A stretch of 64,000 bases of DNA from a virus, in the IMG/VR virus record IMGVR_UViG_3300027608_000013; one strand, given 5' to 3'. A program made the position numbers and the translations under genes. The notes under the pieces are model-generated. The model searched no databases. It saw only the letters and a list, made by a program, of their open reading frames with translations, and was not told the origin of the DNA. Of the stretch, positions 20,758 to 31,149 are shown in pieces; within the stretch, counting starts at the first letter, position 1; the number at the start of each line of letters is the position of its first letter.

Positions 20758-20986
20758 TGCAAAAGATAAAATAGCATTACACGAAAATATATTCAATCTA
20801 ATTTGGTTTGGTGAAGGTCGTTGGGACTGGAATACTATATATAATATGCCGGTGCATATTCGAGCTTTATGGACTCGCAAAGTCAATCAAATAATTGCAA
20901 TGCGAAATGCCCCAAAAGAATCGGCTACTACAACACCTAAACATCCTAAACAAGCAAAATTTGCTAGACCCTCAAAATCCACCTAA
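20741..20986 (+). CDS. C-terminal chaperone extension (gp51/GT-like), probably reached by frameshift
   Basis: Overlapping +1-frame ORF with LHENIFNLIW...WNTIYNMP..IR motif that begins upstream of its first ATG; T7 run at 20743-20749. Confidence 0.55.
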   Translation, partial: TFFGFDAKDKIALHENIFNLIWFGEGRWDWNTIYNMPVHIRALWTRKVNQIIAMRNAPKESATTTPKHPKQAKFARPSKST

Positions 20987-21003
20987 CCTATATATATAAG
21001 TAT

Positions 21004-22959
21004 ATGATATCTACTACCAATATAGCATTAATTCAGCATTTGAAACGGAATCCTAAACAAGGCAAGGAAACTGATCCGGTAAAAAATACAAAATATGTAA
21101 AGCTTGCAGAAAAGACTACAGCAGCACTGAATGCAAAAGCCCAAGAGTTAAAAAAAGATATAGAAAATCTAATAGAACTTGCTGAAAATTATGCACTCGT
21201 TGCAGATGCATTAGATCAAGAAAACTTAAGTTTGGGAATGGGCATCGGTAAACTAGCAAAAGTTTTCGATGACTATGAAACTGCATTAGTTTCAACAATA
21301 AAAGCACAAACATTCCTAGAACAAAGAAATAAAGAATTAAATAAAAGTTTCGGCATATCATCAGCAAAGGCAGCAAAATTAGGTGAATCATATGATGCCA
21401 TGACAACTGCATTAAACACCGGCGGTGAGAATATTCGAAAGTATGCGCAAAATGTTAATGATATGCTTCCGGGTATGGCAAACATAATTGCTGGTAATGA
21501 AAAATTTGCAACTAGACTATTAGGTACTAATCAATTCTTAACAGAACATATAGGATTAACAAAAGAAGTTTCAAATGGATATGAAATGTTTGCTGCGGGA
21601 GCTGGTCAAAATAGTGTAGAACTATTAGCTGCAACAAGCGCTTGGGCAGACGCGTTCGATAAAGGAACAGGATTAACAGGAACATTTGCTGGAATAATAA
21701 GCGAAATAGGCGGGATGTCAGCTGACTTACAAACAACATATAATAAAATGCCTGGTTCATTAGAAAAATCTGTGGTTAAAGCAAAATTATTAGGAACATC
21801 ATTTGCAAAAATAGAAGCCATGGCTACTAAGATGTTGGATATTGAAACTAGTGTCGGCCAAGAATTAGAATATCAATTACTCAGCGGTAAACGTTTAGTT
21901 AATGTTAATGGAGAAAGTATTACTGAAAAACTTCGTATAGCAAAATTGTCAGGAAATGCAGAAGATCAAGTCAAAGCAATGAATGATTTATTAAGTACAC
22001 AAGGCGATGTTTTAGATGGTAATAATTATTATGCAAAAGAACAATTGGCTAACTTAACGGGCTTCACAGTAGCAGAATTAACACGACAACGCCAGACACA
22101 AAAGTTGATGGAACAAGGCGGGATGGATAAAGCTAAAATTGAAGAATTCATGAATATGGATCCAACTAGCTTTACAAAAGCATTAGCAAAAGAAAAAGAT
22201 GCAGGTACAGCTGCATTATTGAAAACACTTAAGGAAAATGAAGGCCAAAAAACTACGGATGAACTTTACGCTGATATGTTGAAGCGAGAAAGAACTGAAG
22301 GTATTAAAGTAATGTTAGGCGGCACAAGACAAACAGATGGAACAATTACAGGCGGTAAAAAACAAACAGATGTAATTGCAACCGCTAAAACAGAAGCAGA
22401 GGGGTCAGAAGGAGTTATAAAAAACTATATTAGACCATTCATGACAGAAACAAATGCTCAAATTTTCGGTCAATTACAATCATTGGGTGCAGGTGCTGCG
22501 GCTGCACAGGCACCTACAAATACTATAGTAGGAATGACACCAGGTGTCATAGGCGCTCCTGCTCAAAAAGTACTTGATGCAATGACCCAAACTAGCAATT
22601 TGCTTTTGGGCAAACCAGGTGTGACTGGAAATACAGGAACAGGTACCACTACCACTACAGAACAACAGGAAGAAGATGCTATACTTGTTAATGATGCAAT
22701 GATCCAATTTCATCCCGCAGATAAATTTGCAACAGTTTCGGATGGTGCAGCATTACTTGCTAGCACGGAACGAGGAAAATTAGATTCAGCAGTAAATACA
22801 TTAACCGGTGGTAATTCTAATACAGCAGTAGTTGATCCAGCACCGATTGCTTCTGCAATAATGGCTGCAATACAAACAGCATTAGGTGGAATAAATTTAG
22901 TAATGGATGGCGAAAAACTAAATAAAGCAATGGAATTTGGTACTCGAACTGTAAATTAA
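21004..22959 (+). CDS. Tape measure protein
   Basis: 651 aa, A/L/K/E-rich helical; follows the chaperone pair. Confidence 0.7.
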   Translation: MISTTNIALIQHLKRNPKQGKETDPVKNTKYVKLAEKTTAALNAKAQELKKDIENLIELAENYALVADALDQENLSLGMGIGKLAKVFDDYETALVSTIKAQTFLEQRNKELNKSFGISSAKAAKLGESYDAMTTALNTGGENIRKYAQNVNDMLPGMANIIAGNEKFATRLLGTNQFLTEHIGLTKEVSNGYEMFAAGAGQNSVELLAATSAWADAFDKGTGLTGTFAGIISEIGGMSADLQTTYNKMPGSLEKSVVKAKLLGTSFAKIEAMATKMLDIETSVGQELEYQLLSGKRLVNVNGESITEKLRIAKLSGNAEDQVKAMNDLLSTQGDVLDGNNYYAKEQLANLTGFTVAELTRQRQTQKLMEQGGMDKAKIEEFMNMDPTSFTKALAKEKDAGTAALLKTLKENEGQKTTDELYADMLKRERTEGIKVMLGGTRQTDGTITGGKKQTDVIATAKTEAEGSEGVIKNYIRPFMTETNAQIFGQLQSLGAGAAAAQAPTNTIVGMTPGVIGAPAQKVLDAMTQTSNLLLGKPGVTGNTGTGTTTTTEQQEEDAILVNDAMIQFHPADKFATVSDGAALLASTERGKLDSAVNTLTGGNSNTAVVDPAPIASAIMAAIQTALGGINLVMDGEKLNKAMEFGTRTVN

Positions 22960-22974
22960 ACGGAATAACTAACA

Positions 22975-24534
22975 ATGGCAATAACCCCAAACATAGCATC
23001 TTCATTTAAAATAGTTGATCCATTTGGCCGGGCAGCACGTGAACAACAACATGCAGCTGCTGTAGAAAAATTTAGAACACAACGCAAAGATGATTCCATT
23101 CATTCTAATCGATTTGATTCTGCAGACAATCTAAAAAATGCAGCAATTGGATATGCTGCAAACGTAGTAGGATCTTTCACCGGAATACCACAAGTATCAA
23201 CCGTTGCACAAAACCTATTAAGTTTAGGTTCAAGCAATGTTCCGTTATATTCTACATCACCAATCAATCAACTATATAATATACCAGGTTTAGCATACAA
23301 CGATTTTAGATCTAGAAAATCAAAAATAGGATTAGGAACTTCAGCTGATATACGTTTAGATGGCGCAACTACTGCATTAAGTTTAACTGAATTGAAACGC
23401 AACGGTGGCGTAATTAGTTGGAAAGCTGCAATGTATGCAGGAGCATCAGCCGCACCTGGAGGTGTATATAATCTATTTAATCGAGATGGTGCTGGTACAT
23501 TTGGTTATGGTTGGGGAGATCACGGAAATCCAGCAGCTTTGCGTAGAGATTTCACAATGCGAAGTCACATATCATCCCGATGGTCATTTACTGCAAATGA
23601 ATGGAAAACAACGGTTAATCCATTACAATTAGCAACACCATTCCGCGGAGATAAGGTAAATGTTATTGATTATCGAAGTGATGCAAATTTAAAACATGTA
23701 TATCAGTGGAGAACAGCGGATTCAATATTTGGAATTAAAGGAACTGAAAATTTAGCAAAATCATTAGGGGAGACTCGAGATTTTATTAAATTTTATTTTA
23801 CTGGACCTAAACTTGCTCCGCATACAATTAATGATGCTAAAGTAACAGATGATGTTATTGTATTTCGTGCAACAATTGGACAAATAACCGATTCATTTCA
23901 GCCAACATGGACGCCAGTAACAATGATTGGTCGAGCTGATCCTAATTATCATTATACGTCTTTTTCTCGAGATTTAAGTATGGATTTTGTAATTTATGCA
24001 ACGGATCGAGATGAAATGAAACCAATTTACCGAAAATTAAATGCACTTGCTGGATATACAACGCCTGATTATGGAGGGAATACAATTGGGTTAACAGGTC
24101 CATGGATGCGTATTACGGTTGGCGATTTATTCAATCAAGTGCCAGTTGTTATTTCTAGTTTATCATATACATTTGGTGATAATGAATCTCCATGGGAAAT
24201 TAACATAGAAGATGATCCTGAAAATATGCAAGTACCATTTAAAATTCAAGTATCAATTTCATTCTCAGTTATTACAGATTCATTACCTCAAAAAGGCGGA
24301 CAATTTTATTCATTGGCAAAACGATTTGACAAATACGGTTCTTTAGTTGGAAGTGATAATTGGTTAAGTGATTCTATACAACAACAAACTAATTTTAATT
24401 CGCGGGGTGGCAAGTCAACAGAAGAACTCAAAGCTAAACAATATGAAGAATCAAAAGATACGAAAACAGTAAAAGGTATCACTAAATTATATAAAGATTT
24501 TACAAATCGGTTAGCGGGAAATACGAGAGAATAA
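22975..24534 (+). CDS. Baseplate / tube-initiator protein
   Basis: FRATI..ITDSF.P.W....MIGRADP.Y.Y..F.R motif of tube-initiator/baseplate proteins. Confidence 0.6.
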   Translation: MAITPNIASSFKIVDPFGRAAREQQHAAAVEKFRTQRKDDSIHSNRFDSADNLKNAAIGYAANVVGSFTGIPQVSTVAQNLLSLGSSNVPLYSTSPINQLYNIPGLAYNDFRSRKSKIGLGTSADIRLDGATTALSLTELKRNGGVISWKAAMYAGASAAPGGVYNLFNRDGAGTFGYGWGDHGNPAALRRDFTMRSHISSRWSFTANEWKTTVNPLQLATPFRGDKVNVIDYRSDANLKHVYQWRTADSIFGIKGTENLAKSLGETRDFIKFYFTGPKLAPHTINDAKVTDDVIVFRATIGQITDSFQPTWTPVTMIGRADPNYHYTSFSRDLSMDFVIYATDRDEMKPIYRKLNALAGYTTPDYGGNTIGLTGPWMRITVGDLFNQVPVVISSLSYTFGDNESPWEINIEDDPENMQVPFKIQVSISFSVITDSLPQKGGQFYSLAKRFDKYGSLVGSDNWLSDSIQQQTNFNSRGGKSTEELKAKQYEESKDTKTVKGITKLYKDFTNRLAGNTRE

Positions 24535-24535
24535 T

Positions 24536-24829
24536 ATGGCACGATATCTAAATAAAACAATGAAAACTAGTTCGGATAAAACTAGATTACAAACAACCAT
24601 ACTTCCCAATATTGTTGGAATCAATGATACATACATAGAAACTATTACGCCAGAGCGTTTAGATACATTAGCAAATCAATTTTATAATGATGCATCCCTA
24701 TGGTGGGTAATTGCAGCTGCTAATGGTATAGGAAAAGGAACAATTAGAGTTCCAATTGGAGCAATTTTAAGAATCCCAAATGTTACAGACGTTATGTCAT
24801 TTGTTACACGTAAAAATGCAGTAAGATGA
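24536..24829 (+). CDS. LysM-like baseplate wedge protein (gp53/tail X-like)
   Basis: ERLDTLANQFYNDASLWWVIAAAN...G.ILRIP. Confidence 0.8.
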   Translation: MARYLNKTMKTSSDKTRLQTTILPNIVGINDTYIETITPERLDTLANQFYNDASLWWVIAAANGIGKGTIRVPIGAILRIPNVTDVMSFVTRKNAVR

Positions 24830-27165
24830 GCCAAATATTTTATTCAGAACTAGACAAAAATTTACAACTAGAGTTAGATGCTCGAGCACGTGCCGGCAAA
24901 AGCGATCGTAGCGAAACTGCATTGCGATACATGACAGAAAAAGTTGCAAATGTATCAGTAACAGCGTATGAAGGCAATAAACGAGATAAAACTAAAATAG
25001 TTCATGAATTAGGAGGAAAAACCGTTTTATCTGGAGAATATTTACCAGGTGGCGATAATGGATATTTAACAGAAAGAACTTATACATTAGGTGAAAGTAG
25101 ATGGGTTGCTCAATCTAGAGGTGCTAACTTTTCAAACGTTCCCGTTATAGATAGTATTTCCACTACTACAGATACTTATTCATCAATACAAAAAAAATCT
25201 ATTGTCGATTCTGCAGTTTTAACATCTACAGCTGAAACAAAAACAAATACATCATATAGAATACCGCCTTTTATAACACAAGCATCATTGCAAATCAATG
25301 ATAATTCTAAAGGTACAACAAATAAAGCAACTATTAACATAACAATACCAAATCCAGACCGCGACTTAAATTTCATGGAATCGGTATATGCTCGTCCTGG
25401 ACGATATTGTATGGTTCGTATAGAACACCCAGATTCTGCATTAATGACACGAGATGTCGATGGAGTTAATGGACAGTTATTGCCGTCAACATTACCAGCC
25501 CGACATCTTATTAAAGAGCGATATCCAGAAGCTGATTCTGAATATGACGAATTGCGAAAAATGAATAAGATTCAATTTGAAGGCCTAATTACTGCATTTG
25601 AATATTCATATAATCAAGATGGCACTGTAACTATGACAATCTATATACTAGGAACAAGTCAAACATATACTGATTTATCTATGATTATGCAGACTGATGC
25701 AACTGGATCTGCAACTGGCAGTAATTCTGAGACAGTCGATAAAGCATCAACATTTTATACGGAAATATATAATGAGGTGATATCATTATATAATATTCAG
25801 AAAAAAGAAAATGCCGGGGTTCCGGAAGAAAAATTACCAGATCCAGATTATGCATTTGGTATAACTAATGATGATGCTAAAAATCAACCAGCATGGTGGG
25901 CTGTAAATACTACCTTAAGTGGATTACGTTCCGGATATATTAACTTAAATTATCTTATCAATTCAATCAATAAAAAGATTTTAAGTAAATTAAAAAATGT
26001 AGTTAATTTACCTGTAATACATTCTGATACAAACTCCGATTGCTATAGCAATTTTTATTATCCAAATATCGTATCGTCAAATCCGGACAAAATATTGTTA
26101 GTATCATTCGGAAATGATGCATATTGTAGCGATGGATATGGATTTTTATCAAGTACTAATTTAGTTGAACAACCTAAACCTAGGCGGTGGACACCTTCAT
26201 TTAAACAAAACAACGACATTAATCGTAACTTTGCATTTTATAATGATTCAGATCCAAATATCCCCGATGATAGAAAAACTTTCGGTAACACCGGAAATAT
26301 TTTTATTAATTTAGAATTAATCAATGAAATTTCAACTAAATTAACAAATGCAAAAGATGAATTTACTGTGAAAAAATTTTTAGCGGAATTAAGTACTCAA
26401 ATTAATACAGATACCGGCGGTGCAATTTCATTAAAATTAATTACCGATCCTGAAGATTTTACAATAATGTATTATAGAGATATAAATCGGGTGAAAGACG
26501 GCTCAAAACCAAAACCATATTTATTACCAATGTTTGCTAACGATCCGCGCGGGTCAATAGTTAGAGATTTTAAACTTGCTGCAAAACTTCCTAGCAGCGT
26601 ACAAAGTTTAATGTATTCTATTAATAGTACAGACAAAGTTACCGAAAGCCAATTAGGGCCATATATTAGTTTTATGTATAATAATGGTACATCAACCCGC
26701 GTACCCCAAACAGTAACCATAGACGGAAAGCAAGTGGTAGTTGATGAATTAACTACATATGGCGGCGGAAAAGAATTAACGGAAAAATTAGCAAAAGACT
26801 ATGCTGCAACACATGATAAATATTATAATGAATTTATTGCAGCCCGGGCAAAATATGGTTCAGAACCAAATTCAGAAACAAAACGTTTAGCATTACAATC
26901 TGCATTGACAAAATATTTACAATATCCATATCCTAATATACAACAAACAAATCAAGTTGCAGCGCCAACAATTCCAATTGAAGCTGAATTTACAATCGAT
27001 GGGGTCAACGGACTACGATATGGCGATATACTAGATTTTCCAGGATTGCCAGCAAAATACCGTACCAATAGTACATTTACTATTAAAGGCATGACACATA
27101 CCGTTTCAACTACGGGAGAATGGACTACGAGTGTATCATGTTTAATGCGTCCAAAATTTGATTGA
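24826..27165 (+). CDS. Baseplate hub protein
   Basis: C-terminal AEFTIDGVNGLRYGD...F.I.G.THTV...GEWTT; follows LysM gene. Confidence 0.6.
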   Translation: MSQIFYSELDKNLQLELDARARAGKSDRSETALRYMTEKVANVSVTAYEGNKRDKTKIVHELGGKTVLSGEYLPGGDNGYLTERTYTLGESRWVAQSRGANFSNVPVIDSISTTTDTYSSIQKKSIVDSAVLTSTAETKTNTSYRIPPFITQASLQINDNSKGTTNKATINITIPNPDRDLNFMESVYARPGRYCMVRIEHPDSALMTRDVDGVNGQLLPSTLPARHLIKERYPEADSEYDELRKMNKIQFEGLITAFEYSYNQDGTVTMTIYILGTSQTYTDLSMIMQTDATGSATGSNSETVDKASTFYTEIYNEVISLYNIQKKENAGVPEEKLPDPDYAFGITNDDAKNQPAWWAVNTTLSGLRSGYINLNYLINSINKKILSKLKNVVNLPVIHSDTNSDCYSNFYYPNIVSSNPDKILLVSFGNDAYCSDGYGFLSSTNLVEQPKPRRWTPSFKQNNDINRNFAFYNDSDPNIPDDRKTFGNTGNIFINLELINEISTKLTNAKDEFTVKKFLAELSTQINTDTGGAISLKLITDPEDFTIMYYRDINRVKDGSKPKPYLLPMFANDPRGSIVRDFKLAAKLPSSVQSLMYSINSTDKVTESQLGPYISFMYNNGTSTRVPQTVTIDGKQVVVDELTTYGGGKELTEKLAKDYAATHDKYYNEFIAARAKYGSEPNSETKRLALQSALTKYLQYPYPNIQQTNQVAAPTIPIEAEFTIDGVNGLRYGDILDFPGLPAKYRTNSTFTIKGMTHTVSTTGEWTTSVSCLMRPKFD

Positions 27166-27166
27166 T

Positions 27167-27781
27167 ATGAGTAGAATAAAATTAAAATACAGTGAATCAG
27201 AAATTTCGAATAATTTATATACATTCGGCGATGAATTCATGACATCTGATAAACAAGAGTATAAAGGTTTATATCATCAATACAACATAACAAATGAAAC
27301 ATATACTGGTGCAACGTGGAATGAATCTACATCTAAACGCTTATGGCCATTAATAAAAGAATCGGAACTAGTTGCTGCATATAATACAATTAAAAAACAA
27401 TCAACAACTAAATTCGATGCAATCGTACCGGTGCAAATTACCATAACGCCGCAAGATGCAACCAACGGATATATTTATAGATACTTTTTAAAAAAATCAA
27501 ACGAACTAGTATATATTGAAATAGATCAAAAACAATATAATGCATATCAACGCAGTTTAGATACAAATTTATATATTGCAAGTGCAGTTAAATGGTACAT
27601 TGCCGGTCCAAAAGAAACACAATCACAACCCGTACAAATTCCTGGTGTTGTAGAATTAAATACAAAAGCTATTACTGAACTACAAACCAAATTACCAGGT
27701 ATTTCGCAAAAATTAACAAATCCATTAGAATTCTATACAGATACAGATTTTGTTGTTCCGCGCGACATTAATCTTGGATAA
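27167..27781 (+). CDS. Hypothetical protein (tail module)
   Basis: NLYTFGDEF..., YIYRYFLKK; ATG at 27167 preferred over TTG at 27158. Confidence 0.6.
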   Translation: MSRIKLKYSESEISNNLYTFGDEFMTSDKQEYKGLYHQYNITNETYTGATWNESTSKRLWPLIKESELVAAYNTIKKQSTTKFDAIVPVQITITPQDATNGYIYRYFLKKSNELVYIEIDQKQYNAYQRSLDTNLYIASAVKWYIAGPKETQSQPVQIPGVVELNTKAITELQTKLPGISQKLTNPLEFYTDTDFVVPRDINLG

Positions 27782-27802
27782 TTCTATTTTTTTTCATATT
27801 AT
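27774..27802 (+). promoter_or_regulatory. Sigma70-like promoter with -10 six nt upstream of ATG
   Basis: TTGGAT 27774-27779, N17, TATTAT 27797-27802, ATG 27809. Confidence 0.55.
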
Positions 27803-27808
27803 TCTAGT

Positions 27809-29131
27809 ATGATACTAGACCATGAACAAGATGTACTAAACTTATTAGATCGATGTGTCGATACTAAAATGTTGCTTGTTCCAATATTTGCTAGTCCTAC
27901 AATACATGTTTCACAGAATCCATTAATTGCAATATACATATATACTGCCGAGGGAGAAGAATGTATTATACCGATACGACATACTGAACAACTAAGGGGC
28001 TTTACTGAACTTGTCCCGAAGTTTTTACAATTACGCAATATCTTTATCCATGACAAGAAGCAATGGATTCAAACGGGAGGAAACTGCGATGTATGGGATG
28101 TTAAAACTTTGTGGTGGTATACATATGGAGAAGCTTATGACGAAGCCCATTATCCAACCCCAGCACATCAATTTTATTGGAGGAGACATTCGGCTTTGCC
28201 CCATGTAAATGCTATTGTACCTTTGCAAAAACATTTAGAAATGTGTCAAAAAATACGGCACTATGCTTGGCCAATGTGTATGAATGTAGAATTGACAGAA
28301 TCTTATAAGCATTTCAATGACATATATCCACAAGTATTTGCTACAATTGAATCCGCTGGGTTGCAAATCAATGAAACATTTCGTATGCCCGAAATAGTAA
28401 AAGATGGGTTTGTATATTCACAATACAATTATCATACAATGACAGGTCGACCTAGTAATGCATATCGAGGATTCAATTATGCTGCAATGAATAAAGAAGA
28501 TGGTACTCGTTCAGCATTTTGTAGTCGCTTTGAAAATGGTGCATTAGTTGAAATGGACTTTGATTCATACCATGTTAGATTGATTGCTAAGCTTATAAGA
28601 TATGAATTGCCAGTATCATCAATACATGATTATCTAGGACAATTTTATTTTGATGTAACGGAATTAACCGAAGAACAAAGGGCAGAAAGCAAACAAATAA
28701 CATTTAGATTGTTGTATGGAGGAATTGATTCTGAATTTTTAGCAATACCATTTTTCAGGCAAGTAAACGCATTTATATATGATTTATGGAGTAAATGGAA
28801 ATCAAAGCATTATGTAGAAACTCCGGTGCTTAAACGACGCCTAACTGCGGATGCATTAAAGAATATGACTGCAAACAAATTGTTTAATTACTATTTACAA
28901 GCAACCGAAACCGAAGTATCTGTGCAAAAGTTGCACCAAGTACAAGAATTAATTAAAGACTATGAAACTGCAATGATTTTGTATACATATGATTCTGTGC
29001 TATTTGATGTTCCTTTATCGGAAGCAAAAGACCTGTTACCGGAAATCAAAACTATTTTAGAACAAGGAAACTTCCCGGTTAAATGTAAAGTTGGCAATAT
29101 TTATGATAAAATAAAAACTATCTCGTTATGA
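27809..29131 (+). CDS. Compact family A DNA polymerase-like protein
   Basis: TGRPS; motif A EMDFDSYHVRL; motif B SKQITFRLLYGG; motif C LYTYDSVLFDV. Confidence 0.8.
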   Translation: MILDHEQDVLNLLDRCVDTKMLLVPIFASPTIHVSQNPLIAIYIYTAEGEECIIPIRHTEQLRGFTELVPKFLQLRNIFIHDKKQWIQTGGNCDVWDVKTLWWYTYGEAYDEAHYPTPAHQFYWRRHSALPHVNAIVPLQKHLEMCQKIRHYAWPMCMNVELTESYKHFNDIYPQVFATIESAGLQINETFRMPEIVKDGFVYSQYNYHTMTGRPSNAYRGFNYAAMNKEDGTRSAFCSRFENGALVEMDFDSYHVRLIAKLIRYELPVSSIHDYLGQFYFDVTELTEEQRAESKQITFRLLYGGIDSEFLAIPFFRQVNAFIYDLWSKWKSKHYVETPVLKRRLTADALKNMTANKLFNYYLQATETEVSVQKLHQVQELIKDYETAMILYTYDSVLFDVPLSEAKDLLPEIKTILEQGNFPVKCKVGNIYDKIKTISL

Positions 29132-30372
29132 ACATAGATTTAATACTCACTGAATGGTGTTATCGATTACCAAAAGGATATCCTACGACTCCTAAAGATT
29201 ACGAGGTATTATATCAAGTAATCATAGAATTTGCAAATGTTACTCCAGATTATGCTCGTCAAATTGTTGAGCGCGCAAAAGGTAACGTAAAACAAATTAT
29301 TGCAGAATCAATTCAATTTGATTCTATAGAAAATCAACTATTAGTAGATGCTATAACATCAGTTGGTAAATCTGAACAATTTCAAACGTTTTTAAGTTTA
29401 CTTCCAACAGAAGCAAATACTGCTACATTACAATTTTTAAATAATTTACAACAAGAACAGTGCAATGAATTTGCCAATATATTGTATTCACAAAACAATG
29501 TTAATGAAGATCAATTAAATCGAACTAATTTCCAAACAGGCGTAAGCTTAGATTTATTTAGATTGGAACCAAAAGGTTTAGGTAAAGGTGAAATATTTTT
29601 ATCTGCATTAATTGAAAATGCAAAAATCAACGGTGGCGGTGAAAGCTTTGATATGACAGTAAACGGACTGCCATATGAAATTAAAGATTACACCGGAGGA
29701 AAAGGTAACGCAAAATCAATACGATTAGGAACTAAAGGTAGTGTTACTCGATTCAAATTTTGGGATGAAATTGTAACCACATTGAAACGAATTGATCAAT
29801 TGCGCGGTCCAATGGAAAATCGAAAATTTGATTTCCGCAAATATTTTGATCAACCTTTTCTAGAAGCAATTGCTTATTTAGATAATCGACGTCAATTCAT
29901 AATGGCAGGTAATCTAAACATGAAAGACAAACAATATTTAGATCAATTTTATCAAGAAGCTAATGCATTGAATTCTGACATAGCAGGATATACCAATGTT
30001 ATATTGCGCGGACCAAACGCAACGCCTATCGAAATGTCAATTGAACCTATCACAAAAACACCAGACGGATCAATTATTATAAAACCAATTGACGATGGCA
30101 GCCAAGATATAACATATATCAACGCAGAATTACGACGTTTAAAATATGTACGAGACCCATCTCAATTAAATGTTGATCTGCAACAAGCAGTAGACGAAAT
30201 AATAGGATCAGATTTACAATTCATAGTTTTTAGAAAAGATAGAATTCGTGTTACAAGTGATTTCCGCTATGTAGTAATTGACGCCGGGAAGATAAGAATA
30301 ATTGAAAAGGCTATCGGCGCAGATAAAATTGATTTAACAGATACTGAAATAACCGAGGAATATGAATTTTGA
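29128..30372 (+). CDS. Putative PD-(D/E)xK nuclease-like protein with head-targeting-like N-terminus
   Basis: GLGKGEI...FDMTVNGLPYEIKD pattern; N-term ILTEWCYRLPKGYP. Confidence 0.5.
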   Translation: MNIDLILTEWCYRLPKGYPTTPKDYEVLYQVIIEFANVTPDYARQIVERAKGNVKQIIAESIQFDSIENQLLVDAITSVGKSEQFQTFLSLLPTEANTATLQFLNNLQQEQCNEFANILYSQNNVNEDQLNRTNFQTGVSLDLFRLEPKGLGKGEIFLSALIENAKINGGGESFDMTVNGLPYEIKDYTGGKGNAKSIRLGTKGSVTRFKFWDEIVTTLKRIDQLRGPMENRKFDFRKYFDQPFLEAIAYLDNRRQFIMAGNLNMKDKQYLDQFYQEANALNSDIAGYTNVILRGPNATPIEMSIEPITKTPDGSIIIKPIDDGSQDITYINAELRRLKYVRDPSQLNVDLQQAVDEIIGSDLQFIVFRKDRIRVTSDFRYVVIDAGKIRIIEKAIGADKIDLTDTEITEEYEF

Positions 30373-30755
30373 AAACCCAACTACTTTGCACATTTGCACA
30401 TAGATCAGACTTAAACATTGTTATAGATTACATACAGCAAAGTTATATTATTCCGGAACAGCGAATATTTGTATTTGCAAATGCAGAAGCTGCAGAAAAT
30501 TTATATTGTACATACAATGCAGATGCAACTACACAACGGGGTCAAAACACAATAAGCATACATCGTAAAAAGGAAACAAATACATTATATACCGTAAATG
30601 CATTGAATGAGATAATTCGATCGGTAAACAACGGCGTATTAGACAAAACTTATCAATTGGATTGGACGATATATAAAAATTCCTTTATCCTTACCGATGA
30701 AGCCGGATACCGGGTAATTGACCTTGTTTTCTTCAAGAAAATTGGATGGCGTTAA
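30369..30755 (+). CDS. Hypothetical protein
   Basis: TTG start overlapping the previous stop; KTQLLCTF...ISIHRKKETNTLYTVNALN. Confidence 0.65.
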   Translation: MKTQLLCTFAHRSDLNIVIDYIQQSYIIPEQRIFVFANAEAAENLYCTYNADATTQRGQNTISIHRKKETNTLYTVNALNEIIRSVNNGVLDKTYQLDWTIYKNSFILTDEAGYRVIDLVFFKKIGWR

Positions 30756-30774
30756 TATTTATATATAGGATATA

Positions 30775-31125
30775 ATGATGATAAAATTAAAAAATTTACT
30801 TAACGAACAAGGCTCAAATAATGTTAGTCTGAAACGTATACGATCTAACAAATTGGGCAAAGGCAACAAATTGGGCATAGGCCAACGAGAAGACACGTTT
30901 ATCGTTACTATTTCATATAATGGCAACCCAGACAAACAATACAAAATTGAGGTATATAGATTCATTGAAAATGAAGAATCGGGAACAACGGTATATTTTC
31001 AAGATGAAGACATAATGGATAATGAAGATTCGATTGATGAATTCAATGGCATTGAAAATCAAGATGTATATCAAGCAGTATTAGATTTTTATGAGTCAAC
31101 GGAACAAAAACCAGAATATAATTAA
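30775..31125 (+). CDS. Hypothetical acidic protein, putative internal head protein
   Basis: N-term IKLKNLLNE; ATATTTATA and AGGA upstream; 18-nt tandem duplication at 30847-30882. Confidence 0.55.
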   Translation: MMIKLKNLLNEQGSNNVSLKRIRSNKLGKGNKLGIGQREDTFIVTISYNGNPDKQYKIEVYRFIENEESGTTVYFQDEDIMDNEDSIDEFNGIENQDVYQAVLDFYESTEQKPEYN

Positions 31126-31149
31126 TTTATAAATTAAAAAAGTAATATT

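Noticed and set aside
30847-30882. 18-nt tandem duplication (NKLGKG/NKLGIG)
   Set aside because: Two in-frame copies only; likely a simple slippage event.
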